From the NCBI GenBank assembly GCA_963812605.1, contig CAWEWF010000014.1, positions 544,001 to 608,000 of the forward strand: DNA of 64,000 nucleotides, read 5' to 3'. Source of the stretch: an uncultured Verrucomicrobiae bacterium. Its GTDB lineage: Bacteria > Verrucomicrobiota > Verrucomicrobiia > Palsa-1439. The notes beneath the pieces were generated by a model, which saw only the letters and a list, made by a program, of their open reading frames with translations, was not told where the DNA came from and did no database searches. Below, in pieces: positions 1-12,297 of this stretch. The position numbers and the translations under genes were made by a program. How positions within the stretch are numbered: the stretch's first letter is position 1; each line of letters begins with the position of its first letter.

Positions 1-109
1 GATGAACTACTTGAAGCGTCACACTACCTGGGTCTTTATCATCTATCGACTCGTTCTCGGCGCGGGATTGCTGGCGCTATTGTCCAGCGGAAGACTGCAG
101 CCCTTCTAG
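1..109 (+). CDS. uppP: 3' end of undecaprenyl-diphosphate phosphatase (partial)
   Basis: Frame from nt 2 reads MNYLKRHTTWVFIIYRLVLGAGLLALL...; F-x-x-YR-x-x-LG is the UppP/BacA C-terminal motif; stop TAG at 107-109. Confidence 0.7.
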   Translation, partial: MNYLKRHTTWVFIIYRLVLGAGLLALLSSGRLQPF

Positions 110-831
110 AGCGGAACCTGCCTGCTCCCCGGTACAAGTCGCATCAGGAACAGCAGGGGCCAGCCCAGATACCGTTGCGCGCGCTCCAGACGGCTTGCCA
201 GCGCCTCATCGACGGCCTGTTCGCTCAAATGGTCGAGGATAAACCCGGCCCCAACCGCTGCCATAACGTAGTCACTCAACTGATGCGGGCAACTGGCCGG
301 GCGGATTTCCCGTCCGCTGGCGGGATCGCGGAAGCGGGCCTGGACGCCCCGTAGCATCATGGCCGGGTGCATGACGGAGACGACGACAAAGCCGGCGGGA
401 CGGCAAATGCGGTGCATCTCCCGGAATAACCCGGGGAGATCGGCGATATGATCGATTACCAACCCGCAGACGACACGGTCGAAAGATTTGTCTGCGAAAG
501 GCAGCAGTTGAGCCAGATCATGCGCGTGAAAGGTGATGTTCAACCCTTGCGCCTTCGTTCGCGCCCGTTCCAACATCGCTGCGGAAAAATCCAGCGCATG
601 GACGGCCGCTCCCGCCGACGCGAAACGAATCGCGTGTCGTCCCGTCCCGCAGCCGACGTCCGCCACGGCCAGCCCGCGAACATCACCGAGTAGACGATCC
701 ACCTGCGGTTCTTCGATGGCGATCAGTGGATTACCGTCTTCGTCGTAGATCGCCGCCCAGAGATCGTAACCGTCCTTCGTGGACAGAAGATCAATCGGAA
801 CCGCCGGGGAGTTGGTGGATTCTTGCGTCAT
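106..831 (-). CDS. Class I SAM-dependent methyltransferase
   Basis: ADVGCGTGR motif I, ALDFSAAML, LPFADKSFDRVV motif. Confidence 0.9.
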   Translation of the reverse strand: MTQESTNSPAVPIDLLSTKDGYDLWAAIYDEDGNPLIAIEEPQVDRLLGDVRGLAVADVGCGTGRHAIRFASAGAAVHALDFSAAMLERARTKAQGLNITFHAHDLAQLLPFADKSFDRVVCGLVIDHIADLPGLFREMHRICRPAGFVVVSVMHPAMMLRGVQARFRDPASGREIRPASCPHQLSDYVMAAVGAGFILDHLSEQAVDEALASRLERAQRYLGWPLLFLMRLVPGSRQVPL

Positions 832-939
832 ACCCTGTTACCGCCGTCACGATACCACCCACCGCTTTTCGGTGAAAGAACAAGTGTAATCCCGCATTCG
901 TGTAGACGCACGCGGACAGTCACGATAATCTCCGCCAGT

Positions 940-2343
940 ATGTCAGTCATCAAGTTTGGCACATCGGGTTGGCGGGGAATTATCAGTGACACATTCACGT
1001 TTGGGAATGTCGATCTGACTGCGCACGCGATTGCGCAATACCTGGACGAAAACCCTCCGCCGAACGCGAGGAAACTGTTGATTGTCGGCCACGACACACG
1101 CTTTTTGTCCCGCGCCTTTGCTACCCGTTGCGCCGCGATTGCCGCTGGGTACGGCTTTGAGGTCTGGCTCACGGATCGCGACGCGCCGACGCCGGTTATC
1201 GCGCATGCGATTCGCCTTCACCGGGCCAGTGGCGGCATTAATATCACCGCCAGTCATAATCCCGCCGAATGGAATGGGCTGAAGTTCAATGAATCGAACG
1301 GCGCGCCCTGTTTGCCCGAAACGGCCAAGGCAATTGAGGAGAGGGCGAATGCACTGGGCGAACAGCCGTTGCTGGTTGGCCAACAGGCCAGGGCCGTAAA
1401 AACGTTTAATCCGCAACCGGCGTATTTCGCCCAACTCCGCAAGCTCATCGATTTTTCTGCGCTCAAGAAGCACCGAAAAAAAGCGGTAGTCGATTTGATG
1501 TACGGCACGGGCCGCGGTTACCTCGACGAACTGCTTGCCGGTAGCGGCTGGAAAGTCGAGGCGCTGCACGGGTATGTGGATCCTCTCTTTGGCAGCGGGC
1601 ATCCCGAACCGATTCGAGAAAATCTGGGCGAACTGCTCGCGCGCTTGAAGAAATCGAAGGCGGTGCTTGGACTGGGACTTGATCCGGACGCCGACCGTTT
1701 CGCCATCATCGACCGCGAGGGAACGTTCATCAATGCGAATCAGGTTCTCGCCCTGGCGCTTTACCATCTGGTGAAGAACCGCCACTGGACGGGCGCGGTG
1801 GTGCGGACGGTTGCGACGAGTCACCTGGTGGATGCGGTGGCGCGGAAATTTAAGGTCAAAGTGCATGAGACGCCCGTGGGCTTCAAGTACATCGGCGCGC
1901 TGATGGAGAGCGAACCGATTATTGTCGGAGGCGAGGAAAGCGGCGGCCTGAGCGTGAAAGGGCATGTGCCGGAGAAGGACGGGATTCTGGCGTGCTTGTT
2001 GATGGCGGAATTGGTTGCTTATGAGGGCCGGGCACTGGGCAGCATTTTAAAGGAAATTCAAAAGTGGGCTGGCGGAATCGTCAGCGACCGTATCAACCTG
2101 CACGTGACCCCGGAACGGAAGGAAGAATTGCTCCAGCGATTCCAGAACGGGCTGGATGAGTTCGGTGGGCAGAAGGTCAGGGACGTTGTCACCACGGACG
2201 GGTATAAATTCTTGCTTGAGGACGGTTGCTGGGCGATGTTTCGCGCGTCGGGCACCGAGCCTGTGTTCCGTTGCTACCTCGAAACGCGAACAGCCCGCCA
2301 GATGGCTGTCTTTCGCAAGGCGGCGTTGGATCTGATCAAATAG
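940..2343 (+). CDS. Phosphoglucomutase/phosphomannomutase family protein
   Basis: IKFGTSGWRG, ITASHNP phosphoserine loop, DPDADR metal loop, GEESGG, RASGTEP. Start set at ATG 940. Confidence 0.95.
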   Translation: MSVIKFGTSGWRGIISDTFTFGNVDLTAHAIAQYLDENPPPNARKLLIVGHDTRFLSRAFATRCAAIAAGYGFEVWLTDRDAPTPVIAHAIRLHRASGGINITASHNPAEWNGLKFNESNGAPCLPETAKAIEERANALGEQPLLVGQQARAVKTFNPQPAYFAQLRKLIDFSALKKHRKKAVVDLMYGTGRGYLDELLAGSGWKVEALHGYVDPLFGSGHPEPIRENLGELLARLKKSKAVLGLGLDPDADRFAIIDREGTFINANQVLALALYHLVKNRHWTGAVVRTVATSHLVDAVARKFKVKVHETPVGFKYIGALMESEPIIVGGEESGGLSVKGHVPEKDGILACLLMAELVAYEGRALGSILKEIQKWAGGIVSDRINLHVTPERKEELLQRFQNGLDEFGGQKVRDVVTTDGYKFLLEDGCWAMFRASGTEPVFRCYLETRTARQMAVFRKAALDLIK

Positions 2344-2357
2344 TCGAAGGCCTTTTC

Positions 2358-3056
2358 ATGCGATGTCGGAGATCAGCATTCGCGATGTTGTACCTGCTGT
2401 GCGGAACGGCAGCGCTCCCGGCCGCCGAAATCCGCTATGATGACGTTATCTACCTCGATGAGTGGAAGCAACCCGCCCTGCACCTGAAGGCGCTGCACCG
2501 CACCCCGCTCACGTTTTCGCGCGACCAGAGCAGCGTCCTGGCGTACCTCGCGCCGGGAGAGGTGGTGGAGATTGTCGGGCTGGGTGAAACCCAGCATTAT
2601 GTAGCGGCCCGCATTGCGACCGGGCCTGCGAGAGGCTGGGTGGACGCGCAGGCATTGGAGGCGCCGCCCGCTGACCTTGTGGCGAAATTACGCGCGCGCC
2701 GCGAGAAAGCGCAAGCGCATCGTGAAATGATCGAGCGCCACGAAATCGCCCTCACCATGACCCGAGCCGAGGTGCGGGCCAGTCTTGGCAAGCCGGACCA
2801 TACCTCGCGACTGCGCTCCCGGGAGGGCGACGAAGAGCAGTGGTTTTATACCGAATACAAGTACCTGCCGTATTATACCCAGACGTACGATGGCAGTGGC
2901 GAACTGCGGCAGGTGGTAAGTTATCGGCGCGAACCCACCGGGCGCAAGGTCATCACGTTCCGAAATGATGAAGCCATGGAGATCGCTGAGGAACAAGGGG
3001 AGAAAGCCGCCCCGCCTTCCGTTATCATCGTTCCGCCCGCGCCGGCTGGCAATTGA
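2358..3056 (+). CDS. Secreted hypothetical protein (SH3-like region plus BamE/SmpA-like 'MT..EVRASLGKPD' segment)
   Basis: Signal-peptide-like N-terminus, LAPGEVVEIVG...RGWVDA SH3b-like stretch; co-oriented in operon. Confidence 0.6.
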   Translation: MRCRRSAFAMLYLLCGTAALPAAEIRYDDVIYLDEWKQPALHLKALHRTPLTFSRDQSSVLAYLAPGEVVEIVGLGETQHYVAARIATGPARGWVDAQALEAPPADLVAKLRARREKAQAHREMIERHEIALTMTRAEVRASLGKPDHTSRLRSREGDEEQWFYTEYKYLPYYTQTYDGSGELRQVVSYRREPTGRKVITFRNDEAMEIAEEQGEKAAPPSVIIVPPAPAGN

Positions 3057-3182
3057 AGTGCACGCTTGATTCACCCTCACTATCACCGTATGGTAAGCGG
3101 GTTGCAGGTTCGCGGCGCCGAGGATATTTGAGCGAATGCCTTTGCCGGCGGTCAAAGTAGAGGAACTTTTACGAGAAATTTT

Positions 3183-4520
3183 ATGAGCATGAAACGCATT
3201 ACCGTCGCGGTGATTGTCGTGGGGTTGGGAATCAACCTGGCCATCGCCGCGCGGATTTATTCCGAAGCCTCCACCAAACAGGACAAGGACAACCCGTACG
3301 CGCAGATGGAACTCATGACCCAGGTCATGGAGTTGGTCCGCAAGGAGTACGTGGACGGCAATGCCGTGTCGTACCGGGACCTGACGTATGGCGCGCTCAA
3401 GGGAATGGTCAACTCGCTCGATCCCCACAGCCAGTTCATGGAACCGCAGGCGTATGAGGACATGAAGGAGGACACTGAAGGCAAGTTTGGCGGCATCGGC
3501 ATCGTCATCAGCATGTCCAAGGAAGGATTCCTCACCGTTGTCACGCCGATGGAGGACACCCCGGGTGCCAAGGCCGGACTGCTGCCCGGCGATCGCATTA
3601 TCAAAATCAACGGCAAGGTCACGGAGAAGATGGGCCTGCAGGATGCCGTACGGCAGTTGCGCGGCGACCCGGGCACCAAGGTCACAATCACCATGTTCCG
3701 CTCCAAAGCCAAAGATCCCGGCGACAAAGTCAAGGACTACACCATCGAGCGCGCCGAGATCAAGGTGGACAGCGTCAAGGACGCGAAGATCCTCGGGGAC
3801 GGCATCGGCTATGTGCGGATCACGCAATTCAACGACCCGACGGCCGACGAATTTGAGAAGGCGCTGACCAAGCTCGAAGGGCAGGGGATGGACGCCCTGA
3901 TCATCGATTTGCGCAATAATCCCGGTGGCCTGCTCGAATCCGCCCGGAGGATTGCCAGTGAATTCATCCCGGCCGGTGAATTGATTGTGTCCACCGAAGG
4001 ACGCGATCCGGCCCAAAAGGTCGTGTACCGCTCGGAACGCGGCAAGAAGCGATTGACCTATCCTGTCGTGCTGCTCGTCAACGCCGGCAGCGCCAGCGGC
4101 AGTGAAATCGTGGCGGGTGCGCTGCAAGATCTGCGGCGCGCGGTGCTGGTTGGTGAGACCACCTTCGGCAAGGGTTCGGTCCAAAGCATTCTCCAACTCA
4201 AGGATGGGTCGGCGGTGCGCCTGACAACGGCCAAATACTACACGCCCAGCCACAAGGTCATTCACGAGCATGGGGTCACCCCGGACATCATGGTGCCCAT
4301 TTCCGAAGAGGATGAACGCAAGCTGCAGGAGCAACGCGCCACGGCCAGCCTGCCGCAGACGGATGGCACGGAAAAGACCGCGCCCATTGCGGACGTGCAG
4401 TTGGACCGGGCCATCGACGTGATCAAGGGCGTCAAGCTCTTCGCCAAACAGGCGAAGGTTGCCAAACAGAATGTGAAGGCTACCGCGACCACTGCCGCCG
4501 CCACGGCAACGACGGAGTAA
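3183..4520 (+). CDS. ctpA: Carboxyl-terminal processing protease (S41 family, PDZ)
   Basis: LDPHS, GIGI PDZ, IIDLRNNPGG, SASGSEIVAGALQD, TFGKGSVQ. Confidence 0.95.
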   Translation: MSMKRITVAVIVVGLGINLAIAARIYSEASTKQDKDNPYAQMELMTQVMELVRKEYVDGNAVSYRDLTYGALKGMVNSLDPHSQFMEPQAYEDMKEDTEGKFGGIGIVISMSKEGFLTVVTPMEDTPGAKAGLLPGDRIIKINGKVTEKMGLQDAVRQLRGDPGTKVTITMFRSKAKDPGDKVKDYTIERAEIKVDSVKDAKILGDGIGYVRITQFNDPTADEFEKALTKLEGQGMDALIIDLRNNPGGLLESARRIASEFIPAGELIVSTEGRDPAQKVVYRSERGKKRLTYPVVLLVNAGSASGSEIVAGALQDLRRAVLVGETTFGKGSVQSILQLKDGSAVRLTTAKYYTPSHKVIHEHGVTPDIMVPISEEDERKLQEQRATASLPQTDGTEKTAPIADVQLDRAIDVIKGVKLFAKQAKVAKQNVKATATTAAATATTE

Positions 4521-4554
4521 AGGCGTCGAACGAACGCTGGCGGGTCGCAATACT

Positions 4555-5565
4555 GTGAACGTGCTCGGTGTCGAAACCTCCTGCGACGAGACTTCCGCCG
4601 CAGTTGTACGCAATGGCGGCGAGATCCTGTCCAACGTCGTCAGTTCCCAAATCGCGCTGCATCGTCCGTATGGCGGCGTAGTACCCGAACTCGCATCGCG
4701 CAACCATCTTCGTTTGATCGGCTCCGTGGTCGAAGAGGCGCTGGCAGAAGCCGGAACTTCCCTGGAACAGATCGACGCCATCGCAGCCACGTATGGTCCC
4801 GGCCTGGCCTCGTCGCTACTGATCGGCCTGAACACCGCCAAAGGCATTGCGTTCGCCACCGGAAAGCCGTTCGTTGGCATCAACCACCTTGAAGCGCATC
4901 TTTACTCGCCCATTATGGCAAATGCCGCCGGCGAGGCGTTCCCCATGGTTTCCCTCATTGTCTCGGGCGGCCATACCATTCTCGCGCACGCGACGGGCAT
5001 TGGAGAACACGAGATCCTGGGGCAAACCGTCGATGACGCCGCCGGCGAGGCGTTTGACAAAATTGCCAAGCTATTGGGATTGGGTTATCCCGGCGGCCCA
5101 GAGGTCGAGAAGCGCGCCGAACAGGGGAATCCCGCCGCCATCGAATTTCCCCGGAGCATGCTGCGCGACGCGAGCTACAACTTCAGCTTCAGCGGACTGA
5201 AAACCGCCGTGCTCTATTTTCTGCGCAAAAACCCGCAAACACGCGTCGAGGATATCTGCGCCAGCTTTCAGGAGGCGGTCGTGGATGTGCTGGTTGGCAA
5301 GACCGTGCGGGCGGCGACCGAACGGCACGTCAGGACCGTGAGCGCCTCGGGGGGCGTTTCCGTGAACGGTCGTTTTCGCAGGGCATTGACGGCGGGGTGC
5401 GCCGAGCACGGCCTGCAATTGCTGCTCGCGCCGCCGGGATTATGCACGGATAATGCGGCGATGATCGCGGCGTTGGGGTACTATAAATTCCAGTCCGGGA
5501 AACCGAACGACTTTTCATTGGAGGTCGCCCCGTCCATGGGATTGGGAGCAGGAGGCATTCGATGA
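4555..5565 (+). CDS. tsaD: tRNA N6-threonylcarbamoyladenosine transferase TsaD
   Basis: VLGVETSCDET, GGVVPELASRNH, NHLEAH, SGGHT, DDAAGEAFDK, CTDNAAMIA. Confidence 0.97.
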   Translation: MNVLGVETSCDETSAAVVRNGGEILSNVVSSQIALHRPYGGVVPELASRNHLRLIGSVVEEALAEAGTSLEQIDAIAATYGPGLASSLLIGLNTAKGIAFATGKPFVGINHLEAHLYSPIMANAAGEAFPMVSLIVSGGHTILAHATGIGEHEILGQTVDDAAGEAFDKIAKLLGLGYPGGPEVEKRAEQGNPAAIEFPRSMLRDASYNFSFSGLKTAVLYFLRKNPQTRVEDICASFQEAVVDVLVGKTVRAATERHVRTVSASGGVSVNGRFRRALTAGCAEHGLQLLLAPPGLCTDNAAMIAALGYYKFQSGKPNDFSLEVAPSMGLGAGGIR

Positions 5566-6677
5566 CCGCACGGTTGATGGTGGCCGATAGCGAACGGGAC
5601 GCGAATATGCTGTATGCCACGCGTCTGTTCGTGCCGGATCCGTTCATTTGGTTCGAGGTCCGTGGCCGGACTTATGCGGTGATGAGCGACCTGGAGATCG
5701 ACCGCGCGCGCAAACACGCCCAAGTGGACCGCGTACTTTCCTTCGCGGCCTACCAGAAACAATTGAAACTGGCCGGCGTCAAACAACCGCGTTTCAGTGA
5801 TATCTTGAACCGCGTTCTTCGCGACTACCGCATTCGGAATGTGGAAGTGCCGATGTCTTTTCCGATTGGCCTCGCAAAGCAATTGCGCGGTATTCGCCTG
5901 AGGGTGAAATCGGATCCCTTCTTCCCCGGGCGCGAGATCAAGACACCGACGGAAGTGGCCCGGCTGGCGGATGCGATGCACCTCGCGGAAGAAGGGATGC
6001 AGTCCGCCGTGAACGCGCTGCGGATGAGCCGGATCGGCCGGGGTGGATTCCTCTACTGGCGTGGGAAGAAATTAACGTCCCGAGGATGTCCAGGGCGTCA
6101 TCAACGCGACCATCGCCGGCCTGGGCGGCATCGCGTCGCATACCATCGTCGCCTGCGGGAACCAGGGCTGCGATCCGCACGAAGGCGGTCACGGCCCGCT
6201 CCGCGCGCATACAACGATCATCCTCGACATCTTTCCGCGCGACACACACACGGCTACTGCGGTGACATCACGCGAACGGTCGTCCGCGGGCGCGCCAGCG
6301 AAGCGGTGAAGAAAATGTACGCGGTGGTCGGCATGGCCCAACAGCTCGCCTTTCGCAAGCTGCGCGACGGCGTGAATGGCCAGGAGGTTCACGGTAGCAT
6401 CCAAAAGCTGTTTGTCGATGAAGGCTACCAGACCGGCCGCGTGCGCGGGCGAATGCAGGGCTTCTTCCACGGCACGGGCCACGGCCTTGGGCTGGAAGTG
6501 CACGAGCGACCCCGCGTCAGCGCGGTCTCGGAAGTGCTGCGCGCCGGCCAGGTGGTGACCGTTGAGCCGGGCCTGTATTATTGGGGGGTAGGGGGCGTGC
6601 GGCTCGAAGATGTCGCGGTGGTCCAGCGGAATGGCGCGCGCAATCTCGCGCGTTTTCCCAAGGCACTTGAAATTTGA
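5562..6677 (+). CDS. Xaa-Pro aminopeptidase (M24 family); two compensating frameshifts ~6080-6250
   Basis: GYCGDITRT, HGTGHGLGLEVHE, TVEPGLY, GVRLED. The middle reads IVACGNQGCDPHEGGHGPL...IILDIFPR in another frame. Confidence 0.9.
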   Translation: MTARLMVADSERDANMLYATRLFVPDPFIWFEVRGRTYAVMSDLEIDRARKHAQVDRVLSFAAYQKQLKLAGVKQPRFSDILNRVLRDYRIRNVEVPMSFPIGLAKQLRGIRLRVKSDPFFPGREIKTPTEVARLADAMHLAEEGMQSAVNALRMSRIGRGGFLYWRGKKLTSRGCPGRHQRDHRRPGRHRVAYHRRLREPGLRSARRRSRPAPRAYNDHPRHLSARHTHGYCGDITRTVVRGRASEAVKKMYAVVGMAQQLAFRKLRDGVNGQEVHGSIQKLFVDEGYQTGRVRGRMQGFFHGTGHGLGLEVHERPRVSAVSEVLRAGQVVTVEPGLYYWGVGGVRLEDVAVVQRNGARNLARFPKALEI

Positions 6678-6718
6678 AACATATGCGCTAGTTTGTGGCC
6701 GTTGGAGATATTGCGAGC

Positions 6719-7390
6719 ATGGAACTATGGATTTTACTTTTGTTTCTGATTCTGGTGCCGGGAATTATCGCGCAAATCAGTGTGCGAGCGGCACTGAATA
6801 AATACTCGCGGATACCGGCGCATTCGGGGCGCTCCGGCGCGGAAGCCGCCGCAGAATTGATGGACGACGCGAACATCCACGACGTTCAGATCACCCGCAC
6901 AGACAGTTTTTTGGGTGACCATTACGATCCACGAACGAAGACGCTTGCACTATCACCGGCGGTGTACGATGGCCGCTCGGTTGCCGCGCTGGGCATTGCG
7001 GCGCACGAAACGGGCCACGCGATCCAGCACCAGCATGCCTACGCTCCCTTACAGATACGGATGGCGATCGTCCCGGCCACCATGTTTGTCTCGCATTTGA
7101 TGCCCTGGATCATCTTCGGCGCTTTCTGGTCACGGATTCCGATGTTCATCACTCTGGGTATCGCCGTGTACGCGGTGATTGTGTTGTTCCAGTTGATTAC
7201 CCTTCCCGTCGAGTTCGACGCCAGTTCGCGCGCCAAGTTGATTCTGCAAAAGAGCGGGCTCATTGCCCGTGACGAAATGCCGGGGGTCAATCGCGTTCTC
7301 AACGCGGCGGCCCTGACCTACGTAGCGGCGTTGATTGCGGCGGCCGCGCAGTTGCTCCAACTCGTGCTGTTGAACAGGAACCGGCGCTAA
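6719..7390 (+). CDS. Membrane neutral zinc metallopeptidase (YugP/Zn_peptidase_2)
   Basis: DHYDP, AAHETGHAIQH (HExxH), TLPVEFDASSRA, VLNAAALTYVAA. Confidence 0.93.
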   Translation: MELWILLLFLILVPGIIAQISVRAALNKYSRIPAHSGRSGAEAAAELMDDANIHDVQITRTDSFLGDHYDPRTKTLALSPAVYDGRSVAALGIAAHETGHAIQHQHAYAPLQIRMAIVPATMFVSHLMPWIIFGAFWSRIPMFITLGIAVYAVIVLFQLITLPVEFDASSRAKLILQKSGLIARDEMPGVNRVLNAAALTYVAALIAAAAQLLQLVLLNRNRR

Positions 7391-7512
7391 TCGCCGCGGT
7401 CCGCATCTTTCTCCGCTACAGGCCAAAAGGAAATTTTCTTTGACTTTGGCGAGCCAGTCCAGCTACGGTCTTGCCTCGGTTTCGCGTTTTCGGTTTCACC
7501 TAAAAGCAATTC

Positions 7513-8847
7513 ATGGATCAGACATCGACCCTTTCTGATACGAGCGTCCTCGAGTATCCCAAGGGTTTCCGGGCTCGCCGCGGCTTGAATTGGGGATTTC
7601 TCGGGCTGCTTTATACCTCCTATTACCTGTGCCGTTATAATTTTTCGATCGCCAATCCCTACATCAGCGCGCAGTACGGATTCAATGAATCCCAAATGGG
7701 ATTGATTATCACGGCGAATCTCCTGGCCTACGCGTTCGGCCAGATCATCAACGGCCTTTTGACGGACCGGCTCGGCGGGCGGAAGGCGATGATGATCGGT
7801 GCGCTGGGAACAGTGACGATGAACTTGTTGTTTGGCGCGTCGTCGTTTTTTGGGATGCTGGGCCTATTCGTCGCCATCTGGGGCGTGAACGGCTATATCC
7901 AGTCCTTCGGCGCCCCGGGCATGATCAAGATCAACACGGCCTGGTTTGCCCATCGTGAGCGCGGCCGGTTCGCCGGTATTTTTGGGTTCATGATCAATCT
8001 GGGGCGTTTTGGCATCTTCAAACTTGAGACCGGATTGCTGGCCGGTTCTCTTTGTTTCGGTTTGGTTCATTTTGCGCCGTTGCATTGGCGCTGGCTGTTT
8101 TGGGCGCCCTCGATCATCTGTTTGATTGTCGCGGTAGGAATGTGGTTGACCGTCAAGGAAACCCCGGAAGAAGCCGGGTATACGACGCCTGGTGAAGCGG
8201 CTGTCGTTCCCGGGGCCACTGACGTACACGCCAGTATAGAGACCGTTGTCAAGGCAATCCTCTCGAAGCCGACGGTATGGGTTGTCGCGCTGGCGTACGC
8301 GTGCACGGGCGCTGTCCGCCAGGGGATTGACCAATGGTTTCCGAAATACATGACGAAGGTATACGGTCTCGACATTCGGCATTCGGGGCAATTTGACTGG
8401 ATGGCCTTTTGGATTCCGTTCGTCGCCTCCGTCGGATCATGGGCGTCTGGTTATATTTCCGACACCATGTTCAAAGGGCGCCGCGCACCCGTGGCAGCGG
8501 TCCTCTATTTTATCGAATCGGTGATCATCTTGTTGGCCGCCCAGTTTCACACGACCAACGCGACGATTGTCTTCTTTGTTCTCATTTCGCTCACGGCGAA
8601 CTCGACGCATTCGATTCTCGGGACAGCCGCAGCCATGGACATTGGCGGACGCAAGATGGCCGGGTTCGTGTCCGGTGTGATCGACAGTTTCCAGTATTTT
8701 GGCGGAAGCCTAGCTGGTCTCTTATTGGGTTGGCTGATCGACCGTCACGGCTGGGGGGTATATTTCTATTTCATGGTGCCATTTGGCGTGATGGGCGGTC
8801 TGCTGATGCTGAGCATCCTCGGCAAGGTCACGAAACCCACACATTGA
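7513..8847 (+). CDS. MFS transporter, organophosphate:Pi antiporter (GlpT/UhpC-like)
   Basis: ~12 TM helices, [32 protein letters not shown] motifs. Confidence 0.85.
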   Translation: MDQTSTLSDTSVLEYPKGFRARRGLNWGFLGLLYTSYYLCRYNFSIANPYISAQYGFNESQMGLIITANLLAYAFGQIINGLLTDRLGGRKAMMIGALGTVTMNLLFGASSFFGMLGLFVAIWGVNGYIQSFGAPGMIKINTAWFAHRERGRFAGIFGFMINLGRFGIFKLETGLLAGSLCFGLVHFAPLHWRWLFWAPSIICLIVAVGMWLTVKETPEEAGYTTPGEAAVVPGATDVHASIETVVKAILSKPTVWVVALAYACTGAVRQGIDQWFPKYMTKVYGLDIRHSGQFDWMAFWIPFVASVGSWASGYISDTMFKGRRAPVAAVLYFIESVIILLAAQFHTTNATIVFFVLISLTANSTHSILGTAAAMDIGGRKMAGFVSGVIDSFQYFGGSLAGLLLGWLIDRHGWGVYFYFMVPFGVMGGLLMLSILGKVTKPTH

Positions 8848-8853
8848 CGGCGC

Positions 8854-9627
<774 letters not shown>

Positions 9628-9628
<1 letters not shown>

Positions 9629-11544
9629 TACTTGTAACTCCTCTGCGCCAAATGGACTTCCTCGTAAACCAGCGGCTCCTTGTTCAGCGTGGGCGCCTTG
9701 CCGACACCGGTGAACTCCCACGCCGCAACGTAGGCATACTGTTCATCGTTGCGCTGGCACTCGCCGTCCGCCGTCTGGTGTTCCTCGCGGAAATGGCAGC
9801 CGCAGGATTCATCGCGCATCAACGCGTCATAGACGAGCAATTCCGCCAATTCGAGGTAATCGGCCACGCGGCCGGCGCGTTCCAGCGACTGATTGAGATC
9901 TTCGCCACTGCCGGGCACGTTCACGTTTTTCCAGAACTCATCACGCAACGCGGGAATCAGGGTGAGGGCCTCCTTCAGGCTCTTTTCGTTGCGCGCCATC
10001 CCACAATGCGTCCATAGAATCCTGCCCAACTCCTTGTGAAAATCCGTCACGGTTTTCTGGCCGCGAATCGCCAGCAGCTTCTGGATACGTTCATTTGTCG
10101 CTTGTTCCGCCTGCTTGAACTCGGCGGCGTCCGCTTTTGGACGCGACCCCGGTTTTTGCGAAGCGAGGTAATCACCGATGGTGTAGGGGAGCACGAAATA
10201 ACCATCCGCCAAACCCTGCATGAGCGCGCTGGCGCCGAGGCGGTTCGCGCCGTGGTCGGAAAAATTCGCTTCCCCGATCACGAAAAGGCCCGGCAAGTTG
10301 CTCATCAAGTTGTAGTCCACCCACAATCCGCCCATGGTGTAGTGGATCGCTGGGAAAATGCGCATGGGCGTGTGGTAGGCGTCCTCGTGGGTGATCTCGT
10401 GGTACATGTCGAACAGATTGCCGTAACGCTCACGAATCTTGTCGGTGCCGAGTCGCTGGATCGCGTCGGCGAAATCCAGATAGACGCCGAGACCGCTCTC
10501 GCCAACGCCGCGGCCTTCGTCGCAGACCTGTTTGGCCGCGCGCGAGGCGATGTCGCGGGGCGCGAGGTTGCCATAGCTGGGATACTTGCGCTCCAGGTAA
10601 TAATCGCGTTCGCTTTCGGGAATTTCACCCGGGGGACGCTTGTCGCCCTTTTTCTTCGGCACCCAGACGCGCCCGTCGTTGCGCAACGACTCGCTCATCA
10701 GGGTGAGCTTCGATTGATAATCGCCGGTGACGGGGATACAGGTCGGATGGATCTGCGTGAAGCACGGATTGGCGAACGTCGCGCCCTTTTTGTAGGCGCG
10801 CCAAATGGCGGTGGCATTGGAGCCGCGGCCGTAGGTCGAAAGGTAATAGGCGTTACCGTAACCGCCGGTCGCCAGGACGACCGCATCGGCGGAATGCGAT
10901 GAGATTTTACCGGTGACCATGTCCCGCACCACAATGCCTTTGGCATGACCATTGACGACCACCAACTCGAGCATCTCGGAGCGGGGGAGCAACTCGACCT
11001 GCCCGAGCCCGACCTGCCGCATCAGCGCCTGGTAGGCACCGAGCAGGAGTTGTTGGCCCGTTTGACCGCGCGCGTAAAACGTCCGCGAAACCTGCGCGCC
11101 GCCAAAGGAGCGGTTCGCCAAAGCGCCGCCATATTCGCGGGCAAATGGCACGCCTTGCGCGACGCACTGATCGATGATGTTGACGCTGACTTGCGCGAGG
11201 CGATGAACGTTGGCTTCGCGTGAGCGGAAGTCGCCGCCCTTGATCGTATCGTAAAAGAGACGAAAGACGCTGTCGCCGTCGTTCTGGTAATTCTTCGCCG
11301 CGTTAATGCCACCTTGCGCGGCGACGCTATGCGCGCGGCGCGGGCTGTCCTGGATGCAAAGAGATTTGACGTTGTAACCCAGTTCGGCGAGCGAGGCCGC
11401 CGCGGAAGCCCCGGCCAACCCCGTCCCGACGACAATGATCTCGTACTTGCGTTTGTTGGATGGGTTAACCAACTTGATGCTGGCCTTGTGCATGTCCCAC
11501 TTCTGCGGGAGCGGTCCTGGAGGAATTCTGGCGTCGAGGTTCAT
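9628..11544 (-). CDS. sdhA: Succinate dehydrogenase flavoprotein subunit
   Basis: [22 protein letters not shown] covalent-FAD motif, [17 protein letters not shown]. Confidence 0.97.
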
Positions 11545-11545
11545 G

Positions 11546-12223
11546 TTATTTCACCACTCCGGCCAGTACCGCGATGGGGATTGAGATGTAACCGAGAAAG
11601 ATCAGGAGCGCCGCGGCCCTTGCCAGGCGGTCAATCATAGTGGCGTAGGCGGCGTTTTTCAAACCGAGCGATTGAAACATCGCGCTGGTGCCGTGACCAA
11701 GATGAATACAGAGCAGGCCGATACTCAAGACGTAGAACCCGGACACCCAGCAGTTCGAGAAACCAAGAACCATCATCTGATAAATGTCATGTTGGCCCTG
11801 GGCGTCCATCAGGTTGCGATACTCCGGGTGAACCACCAGCAAGGTGTAATGCGCGAGGTGGAAACAGATGAAGGCGAAAATAATGAGACCGCTCCAAATC
11901 ATGGTCCGCGAAGCGGTGCTGGCGGCCACCAATTCCTTCACTTCATACCCTGTCGTGCGCGCCGCGCGATTTTCGATCGTCAGGGAAATCGAGGCCCAGA
12001 TGTGGATAATTACGAACGCCAGCAACCCGATGCGGGCCGGCCAGAGTATCTCCGGCGTCGTTTGGAGGAAATGGCCGTAGCGGTTGATCGATTCCGGACC
12101 GAGGAAGATCTGCAGATTCCCCACCAAATGGCCGATCACGAAAAGGAAAAGCCCCGCGCCCGTGATGGCCATCAAAAACTTCTTTCCAAGCGTGGAGGTA
12201 AAAAGCCGCAGCAAAATGTTCAT
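11546..12223 (-). CDS. sdhC: Succinate dehydrogenase cytochrome b subunit
   Basis: [20 protein letters not shown]...SLG; 5 TM; directly upstream of sdhA. Confidence 0.93.
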   Translation of the reverse strand: MNILLRLFTSTLGKKFLMAITGAGLFLFVIGHLVGNLQIFLGPESINRYGHFLQTTPEILWPARIGLLAFVIIHIWASISLTIENRAARTTGYEVKELVAASTASRTMIWSGLIIFAFICFHLAHYTLLVVHPEYRNLMDAQGQHDIYQMMVLGFSNCWVSGFYVLSIGLLCIHLGHGTSAMFQSLGLKNAAYATMIDRLARAAALLIFLGYISIPIAVLAGVVK

Positions 12224-12297
12224 GAATACAACCAAGTTGTTAATGAAATGCGGCGCAGAATGCCAGAAGTTTCTTGCAATACGCGACTGGTGTCGCG

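Noticed and set aside
2688-4883. Long antisense ORFs (also 38651-39829, 50181-51422, 31846-32871 and others)
   Set aside because: Shadow frames of well-supported genes in high-GC DNA with no recognisable motifs.
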